Positions 18,749-27,980 of a DNA stretch of 28,372 nt are shown here, one piece after another. Under the pieces are notes generated by a model. That model ran no database searches. It was not told where the DNA came from and saw only the letters and a list, made by a program, of their open reading frames with translations. Numbering within the stretch: the first letter of the stretch is position 1; each line of letters starts with the position of its first letter. Origin of the DNA: Chloroflexota bacterium. GTDB taxonomy: Bacteria; Chloroflexota; Dehalococcoidia; Lucifugimonadales; Lucifugimonadaceae. Both the position numbers and the translations under genes were made by a program. The stretch spans positions 1-28,372 of the forward strand of contig PBHC01000001.1 of NCBI GenBank assembly GCA_002719295.1, read 5' to 3'.

Positions 18749-19690
18749 ATGGTTTCTACAGAATTAAATTATAGTCATACGATTGGAATTGCCTCTTTTG
18801 AAGGAAGAGGTTTTATGAATCCAATAGATGTAAAATTCAAGAATCAAACCTTATATGTTTTAAGTAGATCTAATGGAAGTAATAAAAATAATAGAGTAAG
18901 TGCAGTTACTTTAGATTCAGAACATAAATTTGAATTTGCAAACTGGGGAGAAGAGAACGGAAAATCTATTCTGCCTACATCAATTGCTTTTGATAAAAAT
19001 GATTTTCTATATCTCAGCGATGAGCACCTTAATAGAATTTCTATATTTGATCTTAATGGTAATTTTATAAAAAGTTGGGGTGAATTTGGAAGCGGTGAAA
19101 AACAAATCAATCGACCTTCTGCTATTGTTTTTAACGAACAAAATGAACTTTATATTGTAGATCATCTAAATTCAAAAATAAAAAAATTTGATGCGGATGG
19201 AAATTTCATATCATCATTTGGGTCATTTGGTAAAAATCAAGGAGAATTCAACTTTCCATGGGGAATAGCATTAGATCAATCTGAAAATATTTATATTGCA
19301 GATTGGAGAAATAATAGAGTACAAAAATTTGATAAAAATGGGAATTTCATATCAAAAATTGATAATTTTAATAATACAAATCTAAATAGACCTTCTTCAG
19401 TTCATGTAGATGACAGAGGTTATTTGTATATATCAAATTGGGGTAACGACACAGTCGTAATTTTTGATGATAAAGAAAATTTTGTAAACGAATTACATGG
19501 AGATGCAACTCTTTCAAAATGGTGCGAAGAGTTTTTAGATGTCAATCCTGAACAATCTAGTTGGAGAGAAAATGCTGGGTTGTTCGAGGAAGAAAAAAAA
19601 TTTTGGAAACCTACAGGAATAGATACAAATAAAGATCTAATCTTTATATCAGATGCCTGCAGGCACAGAGTTCAAATTTACAAAAAATAG
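18749..19690 (+). CDS. NHL-repeat beta-propeller protein
   Basis: Repeats such as FNFPWGIALD..IYIADWRNNRVQKFD and INRPSAIVF..LYIVDHLNSKIKKFD. Confidence 0.92.
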   Translation: MVSTELNYSHTIGIASFEGRGFMNPIDVKFKNQTLYVLSRSNGSNKNNRVSAVTLDSEHKFEFANWGEENGKSILPTSIAFDKNDFLYLSDEHLNRISIFDLNGNFIKSWGEFGSGEKQINRPSAIVFNEQNELYIVDHLNSKIKKFDADGNFISSFGSFGKNQGEFNFPWGIALDQSENIYIADWRNNRVQKFDKNGNFISKIDNFNNTNLNRPSSVHVDDRGYLYISNWGNDTVVIFDDKENFVNELHGDATLSKWCEEFLDVNPEQSSWRENAGLFEEEKKFWKPTGIDTNKDLIFISDACRHRVQIYKK

Positions 19691-19692
19691 TT

Positions 19693-20157
19693 CTAAGAAT
19701 TAAGTAAAACTTCTTTTACTTTTTCAGCATGCCCTTTAGCTTTTACGTTTGTCCATTTTTTTAGTAAAATTCCATCTTTATCTATTAGAAAAGTAGATCT
19801 AATAATCCCCATACTTTTTTTACCATACATATTTTTTTCACCCCAGGCACCATATTCTTGAATCATTTTTTTGTCCGGATCACAAAGAAGTGTAAATGGT
19901 AATGAATGGTTATCTATAAATTTTTGATGGGAATTTGCATCGTCAGGACTTATTCCATAAATATTGCAATCAAGCTTATTAAACTCACTATATATATCTC
20001 TAAATTCACAAGCTTCTACAGTACATCCTGGAGTTTCATCTTTTGGGTAGAAATATAGAACTGCAGGTTTTCCTGATAAAGAACTAAGCGTAATAGTTGC
20101 TCCATTTTGATCTATTAGATTAAAATCTGGAACTTTTGTTCCTTCTGATAAAGACAT
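19693..20157 (-). CDS. bcp: Peroxiredoxin Bcp/PrxQ
   Basis: YFYPKDETPGCTVEAC and RSTFLID motifs. Confidence 0.95.
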   Translation of the reverse strand: MSLSEGTKVPDFNLIDQNGATITLSSLSGKPAVLYFYPKDETPGCTVEACEFRDIYSEFNKLDCNIYGISPDDANSHQKFIDNHSLPFTLLCDPDKKMIQEYGAWGEKNMYGKKSMGIIRSTFLIDKDGILLKKWTNVKAKGHAEKVKEVLLNS

Positions 20158-20202
20158 ATTTTTCTCCTAAAATAATTATTTATTATTATTATAAAAAAAA
20201 AA

Positions 20203-20535
20203 TTAGAATGTTACAGCATTACCACTAAGTAAATGAAAATGAAGGTGCATAACTGTTTGTCCTCCACCCTCTCCTACATTTGTAAGTATTTGATATCCTT
20301 CTTCAGCAATGTTTAGTTGTTTAGCTAATTTTTTACAAACCATTAACAAATGTCCAAGAATTATTTGATCATCATCATTTGCAGAATTAATATTTTCAAT
20401 TTGCTTCTTAGGAATTATTAATAAATGAATTTTTGCTTTAGGATTTATATCATTTATCGCAATACAAAGATCATCCTCATATAATATATCGCTTGGAATT
20501 TCTTTATTTATAATTTTAGAAAAAATAGTATCCAT
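20203..20535 (-). CDS. hinT: Histidine triad (HIT) nucleotide-binding protein
   Basis: TIFSKII, DINP, GGQTVMHLHFHLL. Confidence 0.93.
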   Translation of the reverse strand: MDTIFSKIINKEIPSDILYEDDLCIAINDINPKAKIHLLIIPKKQIENINSANDDDQIILGHLLMVCKKLAKQLNIAEEGYQILTNVGEGGGQTVMHLHFHLLSGNAVTF

Positions 20536-20538
20536 TAA

Positions 20539-22062
20539 TTAATCTGTATGAATTATAACTTCGTAATCTTTACCATTTACAGTTACTTTAGTTACCTCAC
20601 CATTTGAGGAGATAGTTTCTTCAGATTGCTTTTGAGATTCAGTTTGATCTTCCTTATATCTGACTCCAAGCTCTGAATTACCTTCTAGAAAAGCAATACC
20701 TTTTTCTCCGCAAGTGGCAGAAATAAAAATATTTTCATCCGTTTGATCAATTCCTTTTTCTTTAAGTAAATTTTTATTATACTCAACACCTAAATTTGGA
20801 TTGTCATCATTAAGGTCATGGACATCTTCTTTAGTAGGTTCTAAATTTAATTGCTTAGATGCAATTTTCATTATCTCAGGATCTGGATCAGTTGGTGTAT
20901 TTCCAAAATATCCAAGGATCATTTTTCCGTAACTTTCAGAAATCTTTGACCATTTTTCTTGAACTGTATTTGTAAAAGCTTGTTGAAAATAAAACTGAGA
21001 AACAGGTGTTACAGAGGTTCCAAAACCACCCTTTTCAACTACTTCACGCATATTTTCAATTACTTTTCCAAAAAGATCTAAAGATCCATTGTCTCTCATC
21101 ATTTGAGTATTAGCAGTTAATGCACCTCCTGGCATGGGAGAAAAAGGGATAACAGGATTTACGGTTATAGCTTCTGGAGGAAGATAATATTTTTCCATTT
21201 GATCAATAAACATTTTTTCAACTTCTAATATTTTTTCTTCATCAATATCTAAGGTATATTCAGTTCCTCTAAGGGCTTGCCACATTGTCAATATATCTGC
21301 CTGTGAAGTTCCTCCACTAACTGGAGACATTGCAAGATCAATTATGTCAGCACCAGCTTCAATTGCAGCCATATTACATGAAACAGCCATTCCTGCAGTA
21401 TCATGTGTATGGAATTGAATAATTGTGTCTTTAGGTAATAATTTTCTTGCGTTTTTTATAGATTCAAAAACAATAGATGGAGGGGTTGTTCCTGAGGCAT
21501 CTTTGAAGGCAATGCTATTGAAAGGGATATCTGCCTTTAGTATTTCCTTTATTTTATCTGTATAAAAATCCGCTGAATGAAAATACTTTTCATTTAAGCT
21601 TGGAGGTAACCCCATTAACGCAATTACGATCTGATGATCTAATCCAGCATTGGTGATACATTCTCCTGAATAAGATAAGTTTCTTATATCCATCAAAGCA
21701 TCAAAATTTCTAATAGTGGTTATTCCATGCTTTTTAAATAATTTAGCATGAAGGTCTATAATGTCTCTGGATTGCGATTCTAAACCTACTACATTAACAC
21801 CTCTAGCTAAAGTTTGGAGGTTTATATCTTTTCCTACAATTTCTCTTGACTTATCCATCATATCGAAGGCATCTTCTTGACAGTAAAAATAAAGGGACTG
21901 GAATCTGGCTCCTCCCCCAATCTCAAAATTATCGTTCCCTGCCTCAACCGCAGCTTTTAAAATGGGTATAAAATCTTCCGTTTTAACTCTTGCTCCATAA
22001 CATGATTGAAACCCATCACGAAAGGATGTGTCCATAAATTTAATTTTTTTCATAAATGCCAT
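20539..22062 (-). CDS. Pyruvate carboxylase B / oxaloacetate decarboxylase alpha-type carboxyltransferase lacking the biotin carrier domain
   Basis: DTSFRDGFQS, GGGARF, FKDASG, HTHDT, MPGG and VTPVSQ motifs; ends at VTVNGKDYEV with no AMKM. Confidence 0.88.
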   Translation of the reverse strand: MAFMKKIKFMDTSFRDGFQSCYGARVKTEDFIPILKAAVEAGNDNFEIGGGARFQSLYFYCQEDAFDMMDKSREIVGKDINLQTLARGVNVVGLESQSRDIIDLHAKLFKKHGITTIRNFDALMDIRNLSYSGECITNAGLDHQIVIALMGLPPSLNEKYFHSADFYTDKIKEILKADIPFNSIAFKDASGTTPPSIVFESIKNARKLLPKDTIIQFHTHDTAGMAVSCNMAAIEAGADIIDLAMSPVSGGTSQADILTMWQALRGTEYTLDIDEEKILEVEKMFIDQMEKYYLPPEAITVNPVIPFSPMPGGALTANTQMMRDNGSLDLFGKVIENMREVVEKGGFGTSVTPVSQFYFQQAFTNTVQEKWSKISESYGKMILGYFGNTPTDPDPEIMKIASKQLNLEPTKEDVHDLNDDNPNLGVEYNKNLLKEKGIDQTDENIFISATCGEKGIAFLEGNSELGVRYKEDQTESQKQSEETISSNGEVTKVTVNGKDYEVIIHTD

Positions 22063-22084
22063 TATAAGATAAAAATATATATAT

Positions 22085-22107
22085 ATTATTACTCATTGAG
22101 TAATAAT
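22085..22107. promoter_or_regulatory. Perfect palindrome with 11-bp arms, putative operator
   Basis: attattactca-t-tgagtaataat, 22 nt upstream of the carboxyltransferase start codon. Confidence 0.55.
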
Positions 22108-22389
22108 TAGAATATTTTTACTCATTATGTGAATCTAGTCTTGTAGAATCTTTTAGTGAATTTAAATTCCATCTAATAGTATCTTCAGGATCAGTTTTTT
22201 GAGTCCATACATATTGAATTTTTTGTTCTAGCTTAAATACTTTCATTTTTTCAGATATCAAATCTGGATTACAATTATCAAGTATTTATTTTTCTAGTTT
22301 TTGTTTTATTTGAAGATATTATTTTTATATCAAAAAAAAGAAAATATAAATATAAATAAATTAAAATTTAAGATATTCTAATAGAATAT

Positions 22390-22465
22390 GCGGAAGTAGC
22401 TCAGTGGCTAGAGCATCTCGTTGCCAACGAGAAGGTCGCGAGTTCGAATCTCGTCTTCCGCTCCA
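22390..22465 (+). tRNA. tRNA-Gly (GCC)
   Basis: GCGGAAG/CTTCCGC acceptor, TCTCG-TTGCCAA-CGAGA anticodon arm, TTCGAAT T-loop, encoded CCA. Confidence 0.97.
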
Positions 22466-22511
22466 AAAATCTAATTTTTGATAACATTTACATGTATAAA
22501 GAAAAATCTCC

Positions 22512-23300
22512 ATGAAAGATATTATTTTAAAATTAGAAAAACCATTTGATTCTTTTTTAACATACGCAATTGAAGCATTAGATATATCTAGAGAAATAAC
22601 TAAAAAAATTGATTCCTCTTCAAGTAGCCTAAAAACTGATGGATCATTGCTTACTGAATATGATCTAAAAGTAGAAAAAGAAATATTTAATATATTAAAA
22701 AATACTGAAGCAGATATAGTTACAGAAGAGGTTTTAGGAAGACAAAACAATAAGGAGTTTTGTTGGTTTGTAGACCCTATAGATGGAACAACTTCTTTTT
22801 CTAAAGGAATTCCTTTATTTGGAACTATAATAGGACTTACTCAAAATCAAAAACCTATAATGGGTTGTATCGAATTGCCTAAATTTGAAGAAAGGTTTAT
22901 TTCAATAAGTGGCCATGGATGCTTTAAAAATGGGAATATGGTTGAAGCATCTAAATGTGACGATTTTTCAAAAGCTATGATTTCTTATGGATCTGCTCAA
23001 AGATTTATTAAAGAAGATATGATAGATCAGTTGCATACCTTAGATAAAAAAGTTTGGGATTCTAGAGGGTTCTCAGATTGTTTTGGATATAGTTTAGTAT
23101 TTGATGGTTCAATTGATCTATTCATAGAAGTTGACCTTAATCCTTGGGAAACAATAGCAATTGAATCACTTTCTTCAGAATCAAATGCAGGATATGCAGA
23201 AAGTCTCAGTAAAAAAGGTAAAACAAATATTATTTTTGGATCTAAATCTTTAGTTGAGCAAACTACCAAGATATTTGGTGGGGATTGGAAAATAAAATAA
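22512..23300 (+). CDS. Inositol monophosphatase family protein (HisN-like histidinol-phosphatase possible)
   Basis: KTDGSLLTEYD, TEE, WFVDPIDGT, GIPLFGT, RGFSDCFGY and NPWE motifs. Confidence 0.85.
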   Translation: MKDIILKLEKPFDSFLTYAIEALDISREITKKIDSSSSSLKTDGSLLTEYDLKVEKEIFNILKNTEADIVTEEVLGRQNNKEFCWFVDPIDGTTSFSKGIPLFGTIIGLTQNQKPIMGCIELPKFEERFISISGHGCFKNGNMVEASKCDDFSKAMISYGSAQRFIKEDMIDQLHTLDKKVWDSRGFSDCFGYSLVFDGSIDLFIEVDLNPWETIAIESLSSESNAGYAESLSKKGKTNIIFGSKSLVEQTTKIFGGDWKIK

Positions 23301-24580
23301 CTAATAAAGATTCTGGAACGCTTACAGCATTAAAAGCAAAAAAATATAGACTATTTTGGACTGCATCAATAGCATCTGTTGGAGCTACTCAACTATTAAC
23401 TTTGACTGCAGGTAAATTAGTTTTTGACCTCAGTGGATCAGAATTGCTACTTGGATTAGCGGCAGCTGTATTTGGAATTGGTACGATTTTAATTAATTTT
23501 TTGGGTGGAGTAGTAGCAGACAGAATAGATAAAAGAATACTTATGATTATAACTTCTTTTGCAATGACTATTTCATTATTATTGCTAGCAATAATTGATG
23601 CATTAAATTATGAAACTGTGTTATTAGTTGTTATCTTTTCTACAATAATGGGATTAATTAGTGGTTTTGATTGGCCAGTAAGATCATCTATATTCCCTCA
23701 ATTTATTGATAAAAAATCACAGATGATGAGTGCAGTAGCGCTTAATGCAATGTTATGGCAAGGATTAAGAATTCTTGCCCCAGCTTCAGGTGGATTCATT
23801 ATAGCTTACCTTGGAACTCACTCTGTTTTTTTTATTAGCGCTACAGGTTTTTTTGTTATGGGCTTAGTAATGATATTTATAAAACCTAATAAAATTGAAA
23901 AAATAAAAGTTGAGAAAAAATCTGTGATAAAAGATACATTAGAAGGTATCAATTTCATAGCAAAAAATAAATTATTCAAAGTATTAATACTATCTACATA
24001 CATTACGAGCGGGCTTGGGATGTCTTACTTGCAACTACTCCCTTCATTTTCTAACATATACAAGGATACAATTCACGGAGATTTATCAGCACAAATGTTA
24101 GGACTATTAGCAAGCGCAGGAGGAATTGGAGCATTAACAGGGACTGCGGTAACAGCTAGATTAAGGCAGAAAATTAAGCTTGGAAAATTAGTTCTAGCTT
24201 CTAATGTACTAAGTGTTATATTCCTTTTTTTATTCGGATTATCAAATAATTTCATTTTTGAGGAAAATATTTATCAGACCCCCTGGATTTCTTATAATTT
24301 AATAATTTCATCAATATTGATAATTATTATTGGTCTTTTAAATTCTATTTTTATGGTTGGGTCAATGTCTCTATTACAACTCAATGTACCTGAAAATCTT
24401 AGAGGTAGGGTCATGGGAATTCATACTATAACCTTTAGCTTAATGTCAGCAGGGGCTCTCTTTTTAGGATTTTTAGCACAGCTATTATCGTCAAGTATTG
24501 CCGTGATGATATCTGCGGCTTTCTTAATTCTTGTAAACTTTTTTATTTACTTAAAAAATTCTGACATAAGAAATATCTAA
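23285..24580 (+). CDS. MFS transporter
   Basis: About 12 TM segments; GGVVADRIDKR motif A; VPENLRGRVMG. Confidence 0.92.
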   Translation: MENKITNKDSGTLTALKAKKYRLFWTASIASVGATQLLTLTAGKLVFDLSGSELLLGLAAAVFGIGTILINFLGGVVADRIDKRILMIITSFAMTISLLLLAIIDALNYETVLLVVIFSTIMGLISGFDWPVRSSIFPQFIDKKSQMMSAVALNAMLWQGLRILAPASGGFIIAYLGTHSVFFISATGFFVMGLVMIFIKPNKIEKIKVEKKSVIKDTLEGINFIAKNKLFKVLILSTYITSGLGMSYLQLLPSFSNIYKDTIHGDLSAQMLGLLASAGGIGALTGTAVTARLRQKIKLGKLVLASNVLSVIFLFLFGLSNNFIFEENIYQTPWISYNLIISSILIIIIGLLNSIFMVGSMSLLQLNVPENLRGRVMGIHTITFSLMSAGALFLGFLAQLLSSSIAVMISAAFLILVNFFIYLKNSDIRNI

Positions 24581-24942
24581 CAGTCTATATACTTTATTAA
24601 AAACGAGAACTTAGATCGATTTTTTGAAAATAAAAAATAGCCTAATGAGTACAAGAAGTATAAAGGTTTAAGCAAAATAAGAAATTTACCTAAAAATCCA
24701 TATAGTCCTCCACACTTAGAGTAAATCTTCAAAATAGCAATTGCTCCATAAAAATTTGACTCATCAATACATACTATTTTAGAACTTAAGGTTTCTTCAT
24801 TTATATTTATTTTTTTTAATCTTACTGTATCTATATCATTTGGGAAAAAATTCCAATAATTAGTTCTTTTTTGTACCCAATGTGAAAAACAAGTACATAT
24901 ACCGCAGTTATGATCGTAAAAAACTATTTTTTCATTTTTCAT
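24577..24942 (-). CDS. DCC1-like (DUF393) thiol-disulfide oxidoreductase family protein
   Basis: N-terminal VFYDHNCGIC (DxxCxxC) and C-terminal GY.LFSKNR. Confidence 0.82.
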   Translation of the reverse strand: MKNEKIVFYDHNCGICTCFSHWVQKRTNYWNFFPNDIDTVRLKKININEETLSSKIVCIDESNFYGAIAILKIYSKCGGLYGFLGKFLILLKPLYFLYSLGYFLFSKNRSKFSFLIKYIDC

Positions 24943-25678
24943 TGTTAATTATCATTTTTATAATTGGTGAAATATTTTCATTTTCTAACAACCACTTAAT
25001 ATAATCGGGGTTATCTTTAATTACTGATTTAATGCTTTTGTTTTGATACTTTCCTTTAGTAAAAAAAACTTCATTAGAATCAGAAGAACCAATAAATCCA
25101 TCTTTATCAATAGAATTATTTGAAAAACTTAAAATAGACTCAAGGTTAATTTTCTTTTCTGAAATTTCTGTTTGTTGAGATAAAAAAAGCTCTAAGATTG
25201 CTTCAGATTTTTCATCAGTTTTCCTATCAAAAACATCTATATCAGTTGAACAAAATTCCCTCAAAGCATTTTGTAAATTTCTAGGTCTAAGTTTTTCATA
25301 TAATACTTTCAGATCAATTATATTTATTTTTGTAATATCAAACTTAATTCCTGACCTAATGAATTCACTCATTAGAACTGGAATATGAAAATCAAAAATA
25401 CCAAAACCTATAATATGAGAATTTTCAAAATATTTTGAAATAGATTTGGCGTAAAACTTAAACTCTTCATAAGCTTCTAGTTCTGAGTTAGTTATTCCAT
25501 GAATTTTAGTAGATTCATCAGATATTTTGATTTTTGGATTAAAGTATCTACTCTTTGTTTCTGATTCAGAAAATGTTTCATCTTTAAATGATATTGTTGT
25601 AAGTTTTATTATTTTGTCGGTTACGGGATCTAATCCAGTAGTTTCAAGATCCAAAATAACATATTTTTCATAGTCCAT
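24932..25678 (-). CDS. DnaQ/DEDDh-like 3'-5' exonuclease with ExoX-like C-terminal domain (degenerate active site)
   Basis: ExoI LDLETTGL, IHGIT, C-terminal FTKGKYQNKSI..PDYIKW. Confidence 0.82.
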   Translation of the reverse strand: MDYEKYVILDLETTGLDPVTDKIIKLTTISFKDETFSESETKSRYFNPKIKISDESTKIHGITNSELEAYEEFKFYAKSISKYFENSHIIGFGIFDFHIPVLMSEFIRSGIKFDITKINIIDLKVLYEKLRPRNLQNALREFCSTDIDVFDRKTDEKSEAILELFLSQQTEISEKKINLESILSFSNNSIDKDGFIGSSDSNEVFFTKGKYQNKSIKSVIKDNPDYIKWLLENENISPIIKMIINNEK

Positions 25679-25748
25679 AAAAATAAAAATATAAATAATT
25701 TTTTATAAAATCAATCCGTATAAAAGGTTTTGTTATATATATAAGATC

Positions 25749-27272
25749 TTAGTCTTTTGGAATAATAATAATAAATTCTGTACCTTCAGAAATTTTGCTT
25801 TTTACTAATATGTCCCAATTATGAGCTAAACAAAGTTGCTTAGTTATGGCTAGACCTAAGCCTGAACCAGATAGATTTCTATCCCTATTTTCGTCAACTT
25901 TATAAAATCTATCAAAAATGAATTCTAATTTTTCTTTAGGAATACCTGGACCATTATCTAAAAATTTAATATAAAAGTTATTATCATCTTCATCGAAATT
26001 TATTTCTAATTTATTCTCAGGTTTTAAGTACTTCAAAGCATTCGAAAAAATATTTGAAAAAACTTGCCTTATTCTAAAAGGGTCTGCCGTAACTTTTATT
26101 GGATTTTGGAATATTTTTTCAAATTTGATATTTAATTCTTTAGCAGAATCTTCAAAAACATTGAAGGTCTCTTGCAATACATTATTAATATCCAGAAGTT
26201 CAAGATTCAGTTTCAATTCTCCAGATTCAGCATTTGCGATTAAACTAAGATCATCTATAAGTTTTGACAGTAAAATTATTTGATCATTTATTTGGTGTAA
26301 TTTTTTGTCGTTAAGTTGAATTTTTTTTTCTAAAATGCCTTCAATATTCACCCTTAGGACTGTTAGTGGATTTCTTAGTTCATGAGATATATCAGAAAAT
26401 AATTGTTCTCTTTGAGTTTGAATTTGTTTCATTTTATTTACCATCAGGTTGAAAGAATTAGTCAAATCAGAAAGTTCATACCCAGAATTAATATCTTGAA
26501 TTGGCTCAAAAACACCTTTTGATACTTTATTAGTTGCAAATGTTAGTTTTTTTACAGGTGAAGCTATTTGAAGAGATATAAAATATGCAACTACAACACT
26601 AAGCAAAAATATTCCAAAAAAAGATATTATTATAAGATTTTCGTAAGCCTCAATTAGATTGATTTCTTTATTCACAAAAACTAAATACCCAACTGTTTTT
26701 ATATTGTTAGATAGATCTGAATCAGCAACTTGAATTGCAAAATTATTATTATATTGCCTAAGAAGAGAAATGCTTTTTTCTACATCCTCTCTTGATAAAA
26801 GTCCTAACCTGTAACTTTCTTGCACTCTTCTAATTTGCCTAGCAAAATCAGTTGGACTATCAAAAGCTTTGTTAGAAAAATTAACATCAATTGAAGAAAT
26901 AATATATTTTTCATCAGAAATCATTTGCTGAAGATTCATTGAATTTATTTTAATTGCATTTGGACTAGCAATAATCCATTCATAGTTTTCATCTACAACT
27001 CCAATTGAATCTTCATTAGGGTCTAAATCTAAATTGGTCATTTCTCTAACTAAAACATTTTCAAACCCTTGCTCAAATGATCCCCAAGATTGATAGTAAG
27101 TTGCTAAAGAATCAGAAATAGACTTTGATACTTTTGACCTATATTCTTCATTCCTTTCTTGAATATTTCTTTGCCAAATAGTGTCAGTTGCAACATAACT
27201 AAATATAAAGCTTAAAGAAATAATTAGTAAAAAAGAAATTGTAATTTGAGTTTGTAATTTAAATTTGAACAT
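25749..27272 (-). CDS. Sensor histidine kinase (2 TM, HAMP, HisKA, HATPase)
   Basis: SHELRNPL H-box, NIFSNALKY N-box, DNGPGI, FDRFY, GSGLGLAI. Confidence 0.96.
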   Translation of the reverse strand: MFKFKLQTQITISFLLIISLSFIFSYVATDTIWQRNIQERNEEYRSKVSKSISDSLATYYQSWGSFEQGFENVLVREMTNLDLDPNEDSIGVVDENYEWIIASPNAIKINSMNLQQMISDEKYIISSIDVNFSNKAFDSPTDFARQIRRVQESYRLGLLSREDVEKSISLLRQYNNNFAIQVADSDLSNNIKTVGYLVFVNKEINLIEAYENLIIISFFGIFLLSVVVAYFISLQIASPVKKLTFATNKVSKGVFEPIQDINSGYELSDLTNSFNLMVNKMKQIQTQREQLFSDISHELRNPLTVLRVNIEGILEKKIQLNDKKLHQINDQIILLSKLIDDLSLIANAESGELKLNLELLDINNVLQETFNVFEDSAKELNIKFEKIFQNPIKVTADPFRIRQVFSNIFSNALKYLKPENKLEINFDEDDNNFYIKFLDNGPGIPKEKLEFIFDRFYKVDENRDRNLSGSGLGLAITKQLCLAHNWDILVKSKISEGTEFIIIIPKD

Positions 27273-27274
27273 TT

Positions 27275-27955
27275 TTATTTTGAAGCTCTATACCCCATTC
27301 CTCTAACAGTTATTATTTTTATCTCCGAATAATTATCTTCTAGTTTTTTTCTTAGATTTTTTATATGAACATCAACGACTCTATCATCAGAATCTAGGTA
27401 ATCATATTTGGTATATTCTAATAATTGATCACGACTTAGTACATTTTCAAAATTTATAATAAAGCATTCAAGAAAATCAAATTCTGTTTTAGTAAGATCA
27501 ATACTAATAGCGTTTATCTTAACTTCTCTTTTCAATGAAAAAATACTTAGATTGCCTTCTTCTAAAACCTGATCATTATCCACTTTAGAAATATTATTTC
27601 TTTTTAGAACAGCTTGTATTCTTAGTAATAATTCTCTAGTGCTAAATGGTTTAGTTATATAATCATCTGCACCTAATTCAAATCCCAAAATTTTTTCATC
27701 AACAGAAACTTTTGCAGTTAAAAAAATAATTGGAACTTGTGATTTTTCTCTAATAATTTTTGTAACTTGAAGGCCATTTAGATTAGGCATCATAATGTCT
27801 AGTAAAACCAAATCAGGATTAAATTCTTCAAATTGTTTGATAGCCTGTTCCCCATCATTAACAGTAAACACTTGATAATCCATAGCTAATAAATATTCAG
27901 ATAAAGATTCTGTTATTATAGGGTCGTCATCGCAAATTAGTATTTTTTCTGTCAT
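27275..27955 (-). CDS. OmpR/PhoB-family response regulator
   Basis: ICDDD, LLDIMMP, FLTAK, GADDYITKPF, VDVHIKNLRKK, TVRGMGY. Confidence 0.97.
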   Translation of the reverse strand: MTEKILICDDDPIITESLSEYLLAMDYQVFTVNDGEQAIKQFEEFNPDLVLLDIMMPNLNGLQVTKIIREKSQVPIIFLTAKVSVDEKILGFELGADDYITKPFSTRELLLRIQAVLKRNNISKVDNDQVLEEGNLSIFSLKREVKINAISIDLTKTEFDFLECFIINFENVLSRDQLLEYTKYDYLDSDDRVVDVHIKNLRKKLEDNYSEIKIITVRGMGYRASK

Positions 27956-27980
27956 AAATTTAATTCTATTAATTATCTTT

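Noticed and set aside
6055..22062. Reverse TCA carbon fixation inferred from the oxidoreductase plus carboxyltransferase
   Set aside because: Both families are common in heterotrophs; there is no citrate lyase or other diagnostic gene, and the loci are unlinked.
16131..22465. Genomic island integrated at tRNA-Phe or tRNA-Gly
   Set aside because: No integrase or transposase, no duplicated tRNA 3' end seen, and no obvious compositional shift.
22361..22750. 129-aa minus-strand ORF
   Set aside because: Antisense to tRNA-Gly and the IMPase gene; WSGRRDSNSRP is the typical reverse translation of a tRNA.
2405..24255. Short ORFs antisense to or overlapping real genes (2405, 2866, 3804, 4351, 5740, 7222, 7311, 8089, 8633, 9008, 10463, 10588, 13451, 18307, 18844, 23027, 23818, 24073)
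   Set aside because: They overlap well-supported genes and have no recognisable motifs; treated as shadow ORFs.
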